Below, one piece after another: positions 29,194-38,250 of a stretch of DNA of 64,000 bases. Origin of the DNA: Promethearchaeota archaeon (GTDB lineage: Archaea; Asgardarchaeota; Lokiarchaeia; Sigyniarchaeales; SOKP01); contig CP070805.1 of assembly GCA_020343655.1 (NCBI GenBank), positions 1,742,458-1,806,457 of the forward strand, in the 5' to 3' direction. The notes below the pieces were generated by a model. It searched no databases. It worked only from the letters and a program-made list of their open reading frames with translations, and was not told the DNA's origin. The stretch's first letter is position 1, and the number at the start of each line of letters is the position of its first letter. Position numbers and translations under genes: made by a program.

Positions 29194-29337
29194 TTATTTT
29201 ATTTTCCAGCGGGTTCCATTTGATATATCTTCAAGTTGTATGCTCGCACTTTTTAATTTATCTCTGATTTGATCACTCAATTCGTACATTTTTTCTTATC
29301 TTGCTTTATCACGAATATTTATGATAATATCCATCAA
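29194..29337 (-). pseudogene. relic copy of the cysS 3' end (last 48 codons) with internal stop
   Basis: The reverse strand translates to LMDIIINIRDKAR*EKMYELSDQIRDKLKSASIQLEDISNGTRWKIK*. The cysS C-terminus is LMEIIINIRNKARKEKMYKLSDEIRDKLKEAGIQLEDTPEGTHWKIAS*. Confidence 0.8.
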
Positions 29338-29351
29338 CTATGTTAATTATG

Positions 29352-31088
29352 TTATTTCTTAACCTTTTCCCTCTTAGTATTGGCTAATTCTCCCTCTTGT
29401 TTTAAGGATTTTACCGGTTTTGATTTATCAATGGGAGATTCACACATCCAACACGTGTTATCAATGTCAATTAGTGCTCGTGCACAGTGTTCACAATATA
29501 CTGAATCACAACTTGAGCATATATAGTTATTAAATCCCTCTATATTTCCCTTACAAACCAAACATTTTTTTTGTTCCTTGTATACAGTAATACTTTTTTC
29601 GGAAACTTGAGCTACCTTAATCAGTCTAGATCGAATTGATTTGACAAAATCTTTGCCTAGATGTGCTAATTCCATTCGTTTGGAAACGGGTGCATTTATT
29701 TCTTCTAAATCATCCCACATTTCCAATTGTTGCATAATATCTTCGTGAAGACTTGATATTTCAGTGACTAACTGAACCAAACCGTGTCTCTCGGCTATTC
29801 TTTCTGCCTGTGTTAAAAATCGTCTAGCCTCTTTTATTTTAAATGTAATTAATGAAATTTTTCCCTGCAATAAATATGTTTGAGCTTGCAAAGAGTAAGA
29901 ATTCGTGCGTTCAGATTCTTTTAGCAATCTTGAAATAAGTGGTTGAATATCATCTAGAATTTTCAAATCGTTAGTTAATCGTAATTCCTCAATATAAAAA
30001 TCACAAAGCTCGATCAATGTTGGTGTCCATTCCTCACCTGTACTTCGATTTACACTTTTTTTTGCCGCGTCATACCGGTCAATAAGTTCTATTAGAAGTT
30101 TTTCGGCTTCGGCTCGGTTTCGGATTCGAGAACTTGATTTTAATAACCTTGCTTTTGATAAGATATACGCCCAAAAATCCTTTGGAAGCTTATTTTTTTC
30201 AATTAATTTCTCAAAGCGATACAAATACTCTTGTGCTTTTGCAACAGAATCTTTATCTAGTACTATTCTTATCAAATTATCATATATCAAACCCACTTCC
30301 GATTGAATGAGAAAAGATTTAAATGATTCATGAATTTCCAGGCTTTTTTCAAGATTCTCAACAGCGAGATCCAATTTCCCCTGTTGGTAGTAAATTTGCC
30401 CAATATTACGAAAAGAGAATCCATTAGTTATTTTATATATTTTATAATTCCCTTTGGTAAGCTCAAAATTTCTTTTGTGATATTTTAAGGCTAGCTCTAT
30501 TTCTCCTTTATCAACATATACACTCCCCATTCCTGTTAAAAGAGGTGGTATCAAAAAGGAATATTTTTCATGGTGTTCAAGAATTGCTAAAGTTTTTTTA
30601 TAATTCTCCAAAGCTTGATCGTTGTCACGCTGAGTAGTATATAAATGACCTTTCATATAATAATATAACGCGTTTCGTGGTTCAATTTCTAATAATGGTT
30701 CTTGAAATGCGAGTTTAAGCAATTTTTCACAGTCGTCAACAACTCGCCATAGATCATCACTTCTATGGCGCAAGATTAATTTTTGGTTCCAATATGCCCA
30801 AAATTTAAGATATAATGCATCAAATGAATATAGAGGATTCTCACTTTCTTTATAAATCTGTTCAGCTATTCTCAGTAAATCTTCAATTCTCCATGAAGCC
30901 ATATAATAAATACCTTTAAGGAACTGAAAGTAATGTTTATCTTTTGGGTTGAGATCATTTCGTTTTTCTAAATTAGTAATTAATTGTATTAATGCTTCTT
31001 CTTTGCCTTCATTTAGCAATTGATATCCTCTATCTATTAAATCCGATATTGATTCGGTCATTTTTCTCGGTAAACTAGTTTTGGACAA
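29352..31088 (-). CDS. TPR-repeat protein with C-terminal 8-Cys RING/PHD-spaced zinc finger
   Basis: TPR-like units (e.g. GQIYYQQGKLDLAVENLEKSLEI). C-terminal CLVC-x11-CSSC-x4-CEHC-x10-CWMC. Confidence 0.75.
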   Translation of the reverse strand: MSKTSLPRKMTESISDLIDRGYQLLNEGKEEALIQLITNLEKRNDLNPKDKHYFQFLKGIYYMASWRIEDLLRIAEQIYKESENPLYSFDALYLKFWAYWNQKLILRHRSDDLWRVVDDCEKLLKLAFQEPLLEIEPRNALYYYMKGHLYTTQRDNDQALENYKKTLAILEHHEKYSFLIPPLLTGMGSVYVDKGEIELALKYHKRNFELTKGNYKIYKITNGFSFRNIGQIYYQQGKLDLAVENLEKSLEIHESFKSFLIQSEVGLIYDNLIRIVLDKDSVAKAQEYLYRFEKLIEKNKLPKDFWAYILSKARLLKSSSRIRNRAEAEKLLIELIDRYDAAKKSVNRSTGEEWTPTLIELCDFYIEELRLTNDLKILDDIQPLISRLLKESERTNSYSLQAQTYLLQGKISLITFKIKEARRFLTQAERIAERHGLVQLVTEISSLHEDIMQQLEMWDDLEEINAPVSKRMELAHLGKDFVKSIRSRLIKVAQVSEKSITVYKEQKKCLVCKGNIEGFNNYICSSCDSVYCEHCARALIDIDNTCWMCESPIDKSKPVKSLKQEGELANTKREKVKK

Positions 31089-31130
31089 TTAATATTGAAT
31101 TATCTTTTATAAATAATGTCCTATCAAATC

Positions 31131-32579
31131 TCAAGAAGCAATCTTCCAATGAGTTCCTTCTGGTGTATCTTCAAGTTGTATTCCTGCTTCTTTTAATTTA
31201 TCTCTTATTTCATCACTCAGTTTGTACATTTTTTCTTTTCTTGCTTTATTACGAATATTTATGATAATCTCCATTAATTCATTTAATTTAATATCGACAC
31301 CCTCTTCTTTCTTCATGAAATCAAGACCAAAAATGCCGAGGAGTTCAAGTAGCGTTTCCCTTGCTTTAATAAGGATTTCTTTTTTGTTATCTAATGAACT
31401 ATTAATGTTTTTTATAAACTCATAAATTACAGCAAGAGCTTTTGGATTATTAAAATCATCATCCATCGCTTCTTCAAAATCTTTTCTCACATTTTCTATT
31501 GCTTGTTCGAGCGTTTTTTCACTTCCACCAGATGAGTTTTCGATTGCACTTAAACAATTTCTTATTTTTTCTACATTATTTTTAGCAATTTCAATTACAT
31601 CTTGATTCCAATCCACTGCAGAACGATAATGACCACTTACAAGTCCCATTCGCACAACAAGACCTCCGTGCTTGTCAATTAATTCCCAGGCAGTTACATA
31701 ATTTCCCAAGCTTTTGCTCATCTTTTTTCCATTTAACGTAATAAATTCAGCATGCATCCAATAATTAACAAATTTCTTTCCAGTGGCAGCTTCAGATTGC
31801 GCAATTTCATTAGGATGATGAGTAGGGATGTGGTCAATTCCTCCTCCATGGATATCTAATGTATCTCCTAAGTATTTCATACCCATTACAGAACATTCAA
31901 GATGCCACCCAGGATATCCCTCTCCCCAAGGAGAGTTCCATCTCATAATATGAACTTGATCCCCCTTCCGTGCATTTAACCATAGGGCAAAATCAAAATA
32001 GTTTTTTTTCAAGGGATCTTGATCTACACGTGCTCTAGCTTTCTCTTCATCAAGTTTTAATCTCCCAAGTTTTCCGTATTCTTTAAATTTAGTAACATCA
32101 TAATACACATTACCTTGTACTTCATAGGCATATCCTTTATCTAACAAAATTTGAATAATTTCTATCATTTCAGGAATGAGAGCTGTTGCTCTTGGGCTTA
32201 CATTTGGTCTTTGAATGTTTAAGTAATCTACGACTTGCCAATATTCTTGAATTTGTTTATCAACCAGTTCCCAAGGGTTGATTTTTTGCTCTCTTGCTCT
32301 TTTCTCTACTTTATCTTCTCCTTGATCTGCATCATCGGTTAAGTGACCAACATCAGTAAAATTCTGAACATGAAAAACATCATAACCCTTGTATCGAAGG
32401 TATCTTATAATTACATCCCAGGAACTATAGGTTCTAGCATTACCGATATGGACATCATCATAAACAGTCTGTCCACAAGTGTAGATTCTCACTCGACCCT
32501 CTTCTATAGGTTTAAAAACCTCTTTTTGCCGAGTCATCGTGTTATAGATTTCAAGCATAAAATAATAAAGATAAGACAA
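31131..32579 (-). CDS. cysS: cysteine--tRNA ligase
   Basis: HIGH motif HIGNARTY, KMSKS motif, class I core; 482 aa. Confidence 0.92.
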   Translation of the reverse strand: MSYLYYFMLEIYNTMTRQKEVFKPIEEGRVRIYTCGQTVYDDVHIGNARTYSSWDVIIRYLRYKGYDVFHVQNFTDVGHLTDDADQGEDKVEKRAREQKINPWELVDKQIQEYWQVVDYLNIQRPNVSPRATALIPEMIEIIQILLDKGYAYEVQGNVYYDVTKFKEYGKLGRLKLDEEKARARVDQDPLKKNYFDFALWLNARKGDQVHIMRWNSPWGEGYPGWHLECSVMGMKYLGDTLDIHGGGIDHIPTHHPNEIAQSEAATGKKFVNYWMHAEFITLNGKKMSKSLGNYVTAWELIDKHGGLVVRMGLVSGHYRSAVDWNQDVIEIAKNNVEKIRNCLSAIENSSGGSEKTLEQAIENVRKDFEEAMDDDFNNPKALAVIYEFIKNINSSLDNKKEILIKARETLLELLGIFGLDFMKKEEGVDIKLNELMEIIINIRNKARKEKMYKLSDEIRDKLKEAGIQLEDTPEGTHWKIAS

Positions 32580-32624
32580 AAATAAGTATTTTACGGTAAT
32601 TATAAGAACTTCCTATATTTTTTC

Positions 32625-34616
32625 CTATTCATTCAAAAAAATATAATTATGAGCTATTTTTCTTTTATCTCTGCCTGCAAGGATATGTATATGTTTAATT
32701 GTCTTAAGTGATTCTTTGCTAAAATTATCTACTGGGATATATACTAACTCACGATTTTTTTTCCCTGCAAGTGAATAGAAATATTTGCGTGGAGGTTCTT
32801 TTGCTACATATGCTATATAGCGCTCTTTTGAATAAATGATAGCAGCTTTAAGAAGGCGTTCTGCTTTATTTTTGGTATCCCTATATTCATAATCCATATA
32901 AAAATCAAAAATTGGACGTAGAAATATGGCAGGAAATATTGAGAGTAGTCCTCCAACTTCAACATGCGTAATCCCTGGTCCAATAATATAATCTCCTGGA
33001 TTCGTTGAATAAAATGCCATATCGCTTTCTCTATCGTGTTCCGACCACCAAGTTAATTTATAAGGATATTTTTCCACCTCTCCATCATCCTTATCAAATA
33101 TTACAACAAGTGTATCGATTTTACCTTGAATTTGTTGTATGTTTTGAACATAGATCTTTTTCTTAAAAGCCCAATTCCTAATAGTTTCTTTAATTGCTAT
33201 CCCATCCATTAAGCTGGATTTAAATTCTTCGATCTTGATCCGCTGATTTTTTAAATTTTTGATAGTCTTTTTCCTTATAAAGGCAAAGTAATCCTCTTCT
33301 AAGATATCTTCAGGAGGCCAGGAAACTGTAAAATCCTTACCTTCTTCCCATTTATCCTTCCATTCTCCCGGATATTTTTCTTTAGGTCTTTCTTTTAAAG
33401 GAACTTCTTGTTCTTTTCCATAAGAATAAGGATGATGCCTGCGTAGTTTTATATAACGACCACTTGGATCAAATGCGCCTTCTGTTCTCATTTTCAATGT
33501 TTCATAATTATCACTCTCATCATCATAAGGATATTTGGTAGCTTTTTCCAAGACTTTCCATGCATAGTCATCATCAACAATATTTTTTGAAGCTATTAAC
33601 AGTTGATATAAGTTTGGCAATAATCTCTGATCTGTTAATGAGAGATTCCTTGAATATTGAAATAAAGTTTTCAATTTATGGAGATCTACAAATTCTTTAA
33701 ATTCCTCTTCATAATCATATTTTGCTTTAATTAAGATCTTATTTATTAGTTCAATTTTGTTATATGAATTTAGAATTTCATATAACTCTTCAGGCGTTTC
33801 TACGCTTTCTAATCTTTTTTTTGAAAATTTATTCCTAAAGTTCATCCATTTGTAGGTATGATATGGTAATTCTCTTAAAAGAAATCTAGCATCTGAACCT
33901 TTTATATTATAAATTTTTACATATTTGTGGGGTATTAAATCCAATTCCACATCTTCCACTTCTTGTGGATTCTCTAGATAGTATTTCACGTTATCCCAAT
34001 GTGCCATACCAATAATAAGTAAAATTCTATGATATAATGGCATCATTTTTAAAAGATGAGCCGCCATATATTTTTCTCTAAGAATATCTTTTTCTAAATA
34101 ATCATATTCATTATTAACATTTTCTTGATTTCTAAGGAAATCTTCTAAATTCACCTTATTTCTAAGTGCGTTTTTTTTATGTCGATTCTCTTTCTTAAAA
34201 TAATCCGAAATTTGTTGATAGAACTTATAAAGCCCAATTTGATTAATAGCATAATCATCAGGAAGTTTGAAACTGGGTGGTAAATATTCTGAGACTGAAA
34301 GGTCAATGAATCCAATTGGAATATTATGCTCAAGACCGATTCTTATTCCTTCCATTATGGAATCTCCAGGATCTATTGGAATAAAGTTCAATTTTTTGGG
34401 ATTTAATGTATCAGCAAATCCTATTAAAGACAAAAAAGGCAATCTTTCAACAGCCTCAATAACTTCTTCTTGTACATTATTCGGTAATTCAACGGCGATT
34501 ACATCAGGGAATACTTTAAATAACGCTATACGAACTAATTTCGCAAACTCTATTCGCGAATGGAATGTTGGAATAATGTAGATATTGCTAAATTTAATAT
34601 AGGGATTCTCATCCAT
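32625..34616 (-). CDS. large hypothetical protein with N-terminal TraB/PrgY/GumN-like domain
   Basis: N-terminal motifs IIPTFHS, PDVIAVELP, EKYMAAHLL and LLIIGMAHWDNV parallel the TraB-family GTAHVS / PDxVxVEL / ERDxxMA / VGxGHxxG motifs. The remaining roughly 430 aa are unassigned. The start overlaps the MoxR gene stop by 8 nt. Confidence 0.5.
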   Translation of the reverse strand: MDENPYIKFSNIYIIPTFHSRIEFAKLVRIALFKVFPDVIAVELPNNVQEEVIEAVERLPFLSLIGFADTLNPKKLNFIPIDPGDSIMEGIRIGLEHNIPIGFIDLSVSEYLPPSFKLPDDYAINQIGLYKFYQQISDYFKKENRHKKNALRNKVNLEDFLRNQENVNNEYDYLEKDILREKYMAAHLLKMMPLYHRILLIIGMAHWDNVKYYLENPQEVEDVELDLIPHKYVKIYNIKGSDARFLLRELPYHTYKWMNFRNKFSKKRLESVETPEELYEILNSYNKIELINKILIKAKYDYEEEFKEFVDLHKLKTLFQYSRNLSLTDQRLLPNLYQLLIASKNIVDDDYAWKVLEKATKYPYDDESDNYETLKMRTEGAFDPSGRYIKLRRHHPYSYGKEQEVPLKERPKEKYPGEWKDKWEEGKDFTVSWPPEDILEEDYFAFIRKKTIKNLKNQRIKIEEFKSSLMDGIAIKETIRNWAFKKKIYVQNIQQIQGKIDTLVVIFDKDDGEVEKYPYKLTWWSEHDRESDMAFYSTNPGDYIIGPGITHVEVGGLLSIFPAIFLRPIFDFYMDYEYRDTKNKAERLLKAAIIYSKERYIAYVAKEPPRKYFYSLAGKKNRELVYIPVDNFSKESLKTIKHIHILAGRDKRKIAHNYIFLNE

Positions 34617-35568
34617 TTGAATCTTTATCAGGCTTTTTTACAAATTCATCATAATAATCATTAACTTCTTCAATATTTTTGAATATTTTAAAAGAAATTG
34701 TTTCCTTCTGCTCTTTCAAAAATTCTTCATAATTTCCAGGTAAATACTTTAATGCAGCCTCTTCTAATACCTGAATTGAAGCATTTTCAAATGTTTTCTT
34801 TTCTAATATATCTTGGTTTTGTTTATTCATCAATCTTGATTTAATATAATATCTTATAATATTAATACCGTCTCTGACTGTATATGGCTCATCATGGACA
34901 TGAGCATTTTGAAGAAAATCTACACAATATTCTAAAATCTCTTCTGAAGCAAATGGTAAATTATACTTTAGAATTTTAAGTTCATCTACTTTATTTGGGA
35001 ATTCAATCAATATTTTGGGTTGCAAACGTGATTGAATATATTCTGGAATCTCATAAGTACTCGAATCAGCATTCATAGTAACACATAATCTGAATTCAGG
35101 ATCAGCATAAATTCTAATACCTGCTATAATACTCTCAACATAACGTCTTTTATCCATTAAAGGTGCTAGGGATGCCCAACTTTTTTCACTCATTCTATTT
35201 CCCTCATCTAAAAGACATATACCCCCCTTTACCATAGCAGATACTAAAGAACTAGCAACATAAGCAATTTTATTACCTGAAGCGATGACAGGACTGATTA
35301 GTAAATCTTCTGGGCGTGTATCCATTGTACATTGAAACATATATACATCCTTTCCCAATCTTTTTCCTGCGGCATAACCAAGTGTAGTTTTACCAACTCC
35401 TGGTTTACCAAGAATCCGAGGATTCAAAGGAAGATCATCCTTATCGACAATCATCCAAGCTGCTTTTAATTGATTAATTAAATCATCATTTCCAACCCAT
35501 TCCATGTCTACTTGAGCTGGCTCAGATAATAATAACTCTACACCTGATATTGTAACTTTCTCTAGCAT
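34609..35568 (-). CDS. MoxR-like AAA+ ATPase
   Basis: Walker A GKPGVGKTTL, Walker B ICLLDEGNR; 319 aa single AAA module. Confidence 0.8.
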   Translation of the reverse strand: MLEKVTISGVELLLSEPAQVDMEWVGNDDLINQLKAAWMIVDKDDLPLNPRILGKPGVGKTTLGYAAGKRLGKDVYMFQCTMDTRPEDLLISPVIASGNKIAYVASSLVSAMVKGGICLLDEGNRMSEKSWASLAPLMDKRRYVESIIAGIRIYADPEFRLCVTMNADSSTYEIPEYIQSRLQPKILIEFPNKVDELKILKYNLPFASEEILEYCVDFLQNAHVHDEPYTVRDGINIIRYYIKSRLMNKQNQDILEKKTFENASIQVLEEAALKYLPGNYEEFLKEQKETISFKIFKNIEEVNDYYDEFVKKPDKDSNG

Positions 35569-35702
35569 AATTTTTCATATTCTAATCTACTAATAATGGT
35601 TATAAAAGTTTACTATAATTAATTTTTCGAAATGGAGATAAAATTATTATTTGTAGCATATACATAAAAATATTTTCTATAGCTCAACTATAAAAAATAT
35701 GA

Positions 35703-35960
35703 AAATATCTTAACTATAAAAAATTAAAAAGGATTTTTAAAGCGACACAAGAATTAGCTTTTATTTTAATAGGAAATGAAATTGACCTGCAAGATACAAG
35801 AGTAGTATTTACCGAAGATGGAAGGGAGCTTGCTAAAAAAATTAATGCAAGTGATTTTTTCGAAACAAGCGCTAAATATGGGGATACAGTTGAATAGACA
35901 TTTAAGAACTTAGTAGATAGAGTTTTGGGAAATTTAGATATTGGAATTGAATTTTTTTAA
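35703..35960 (+). pseudogene. relic of a Ras/Rab-like small GTPase gene (C-terminal half, in-frame TAG at 35895-35897)
   Basis: The frame translates ...ELAFILIGNEIDLQDTRVVFTEDGRELAKKINASDFFETSAKYGDTVE*TFKNLVDRVL. It has G4-like GNEID and G5 ETSAK. The G1-G3 part is absent. Confidence 0.6.
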
Positions 35961-35992
35961 TATAAATATATAAAATAATTAATGGTGTTTGT

Positions 35993-36421
35993 TTGAGAAG
36001 TATTGAAACTAAAATTACAAGAGTAATTGTTGGAAAAATAGAACCTGATGAGGATTTAATTAACTCAATCATTGATTTAGTGAAAAAATATAACATTAAA
36101 TCGGGAATTGTTAATTGTATTGGTGCATTAAAAAAAATAACAATTGGATATTTTGATATTGAGTCTAAAGAATATTTAACTAGAACAATTGAGGAATATG
36201 TTGAATTAGTTTCATGTATAGGAAACATCACCTTCATAGATGGAAATCCAATAATTCACTTACATGCTTCCATAGGAGCAAGAGATTACAGCATAATTGG
36301 AGGACATTTAATCCAACCAACTATAGTTTCAATAACAGGAGAAATTTACATTTTGGAAGTTGATAAAAAGATAAAACGGGCTACTAATCCTCAATTTAGT
36401 TTATCATTATTAGCAATATAG
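35993..36421 (+). CDS. PPC (DUF296) domain protein
   Basis: 142 aa, TTG start. GKIEPDEDLINSI...IGALKKITIGYFD...IHLHASIG...GGHL matches the PPC/DUF296 pattern. Confidence 0.7.
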   Translation: MRSIETKITRVIVGKIEPDEDLINSIIDLVKKYNIKSGIVNCIGALKKITIGYFDIESKEYLTRTIEEYVELVSCIGNITFIDGNPIIHLHASIGARDYSIIGGHLIQPTIVSITGEIYILEVDKKIKRATNPQFSLSLLAI

Positions 36422-36438
36422 AAAATGGTTAACTTGAA

Positions 36439-36915
36439 ATGTTAGAAGTAATAGAAAGGAAATGGGCTTTAAAATTAACATTAGGAGTTGATATAACACT
36501 TAAAGATATTATTCTCAACGAAATTAAATCTGAGGTTCATCTAATTATGTGGGATATCGTAGGGCAAAATAAGTATGAATTAACATTTAGAATGTTTTTT
36601 CAAGGATCCTCTGGGGCATTACTTATCTATGATATAACACGTTATTCAACCTTTAAACAGATAACATCAAAATGGTTGGGAGATTTCAAGAATTTTGGTA
36701 GATCAGATGGAGTATATATATTGATGGGTAATAAATCAGATTTGAAAGATTCAATTATTGTAGCATATAAAGAAGGAAAAAAGTTATCTGAAGAGATAGA
36801 TGCTGTTGATTTTGGTGAGACTAGCGCAAAATATGGTGAAAATGTTGAAAAAGCATTTAGGAGTTTAGCTACTCTGGTACTGAATAAAAGCGGTACTAAA
36901 ATTAAATTAGATTAA
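36439..36915 (+). CDS. small GTPase paralog lacking the P-loop (G1)
   Basis: Begins at the switch I region (LTLGVD). G3 WDIVGQ, G4 GNKSD and G5 ETSAKYGENVEKAF are present. An in-frame TAA lies 9 nt upstream of the ATG, so no GxxxxGK[ST] can be encoded. Confidence 0.65.
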   Translation: MLEVIERKWALKLTLGVDITLKDIILNEIKSEVHLIMWDIVGQNKYELTFRMFFQGSSGALLIYDITRYSTFKQITSKWLGDFKNFGRSDGVYILMGNKSDLKDSIIVAYKEGKKLSEEIDAVDFGETSAKYGENVEKAFRSLATLVLNKSGTKIKLD

Positions 36916-36962
36916 AAAAATATTACATAATTTTAAAAATTAGGTTATAAAGATTAACAGAA

Positions 36963-37523
36963 ATGATTGGAGATTATAAAGGATTTGTAAAAAATAAGGT
37001 TGTCGTAGCGCTTCTCCAAGCATATCAGGATACACTTGATTATGATGGGATGAAATCAATCCTAAGAGAAGCAGAGATGTTATATTTAAAGGATATAGGA
37101 GAAGAAGATCCTAATAATACATTAGATTTCTTTTATTTTAAGAAAATCATTTCTGCTCAAAATTGTTTATTATACGATTCTTCCGATCTTCTTTATGAAA
37201 TTGGAAAGAAATTCTCGTTCTATTTATTCCCGTTTGGGAAAAGTTTTAAAGAAAAAATTTATGAAATTAATTCTTCTATTATTACAGATTGGAAAGTTAA
37301 TATAATAGAAAATAACGAAAATGAAATAATTCTTCAAGTACACAGGTGCATCTTCTGTTCGGAGATCGGAGTCCCTTGCACTTTATTTAAAGGATTCTTA
37401 GTTCATTCATTACAAAAATCATTACCTTCAGGACATAGGATTATTTATGAAAGGGATAAAGAAGATGTATATGATCTAAATCATAATAGTTATATTGCAA
37501 AATTGAAAATTGAAAAGTATTAA
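36963..37523 (+). CDS. V4R-like domain protein
   Basis: 186 aa. C-terminal Cys-containing segment HRCIFCSEIGVPCTLFKGFLVHSL resembles the V4R (4-vinyl reductase) core. Confidence 0.5.
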   Translation: MIGDYKGFVKNKVVVALLQAYQDTLDYDGMKSILREAEMLYLKDIGEEDPNNTLDFFYFKKIISAQNCLLYDSSDLLYEIGKKFSFYLFPFGKSFKEKIYEINSSIITDWKVNIIENNENEIILQVHRCIFCSEIGVPCTLFKGFLVHSLQKSLPSGHRIIYERDKEDVYDLNHNSYIAKLKIEKY

Positions 37524-37607
37524 ATACTTATATTATCGAAAATTATATTGTAAGTTATTGATGAAGAAATCCTTATAAATACTTACAACAAAATATTAAA
37601 TTGCATA

Positions 37608-38162
37608 ATGACAATAGAAGATGCTAAAGATTTGCGAGAATTCGTTTTTAAAATAACAATTCTTGGAGATGCAGCGGTAGGCAAAACTTCATTAATAAAC
37701 CAATTTGTAGAAGGTTCATTTCAAGAAGATTACAAACCTACATTGGGTGCTAATATTGTCCGAAAAGATGTAAATTTCGATAATACAAGAGTTAGATTAA
37801 TCATGTGGGATTTAGCGGGCCAAGAGAAATATCGAGTGGTTCGTAGTATGTACTTTCAGGGGTGTGAAGGAGCTCTACTTGTCTATGATGTTACTCGATA
37901 TCATACCTTAGAGAGTATAAATTCTAAGTGGTTAAGAGACTTTAAGAAACATGTAAAAAAGAAAGGGGCGTATATATTAATTGGTAACAAAATTGATTTA
38001 AAAGATCAGAGAGTAATACCTACAGAGAGAGGAAAAGAATTAGCCGCAAAAATCAAAGCTAGTCATTTTATTGAAACGAGTGCAAAGCTCGGAGAAAATA
38101 TCGAAGAAGCTTTTTCTCTTCTTGTGAATCAAATTTTAAGTAATCATGGAGTAGATATTTAA
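37608..38162 (+). CDS. Ras/Rab-like small GTPase
   Basis: G1 GDAAVGKTS, switch I PTLG, G3 WDLAGQE, G4 GNKIDL, G5 ETSAKLGENIEEAF. Confidence 0.88.
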   Translation: MTIEDAKDLREFVFKITILGDAAVGKTSLINQFVEGSFQEDYKPTLGANIVRKDVNFDNTRVRLIMWDLAGQEKYRVVRSMYFQGCEGALLVYDVTRYHTLESINSKWLRDFKKHVKKKGAYILIGNKIDLKDQRVIPTERGKELAAKIKASHFIETSAKLGENIEEAFSLLVNQILSNHGVDI

Positions 38163-38250
38163 AAAGTTTTAATAACCTCAAAAAACTCTTTTTTGTATCT
38201 GTCTATTAACGAGAAGATTTTATTAAAAAATTAAATCAAGAGAATCAATT

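Noticed and set aside
29352-31130. Mobile element call for the segment between the cysS 3' copies
   Set aside because: No integrase, transposase, terminal inverted repeats or other element genes are present. It is reported as a finding (possible scar), not annotated as a mobile_element feature.
35895-35897. In-frame TAG as a pyrrolysine codon in the GTPase fragment
   Set aside because: The fragment lacks the whole G1-G3 half and has a degenerate G4, so it is a relic. No pyl genes or methylamine methyltransferase context are present.
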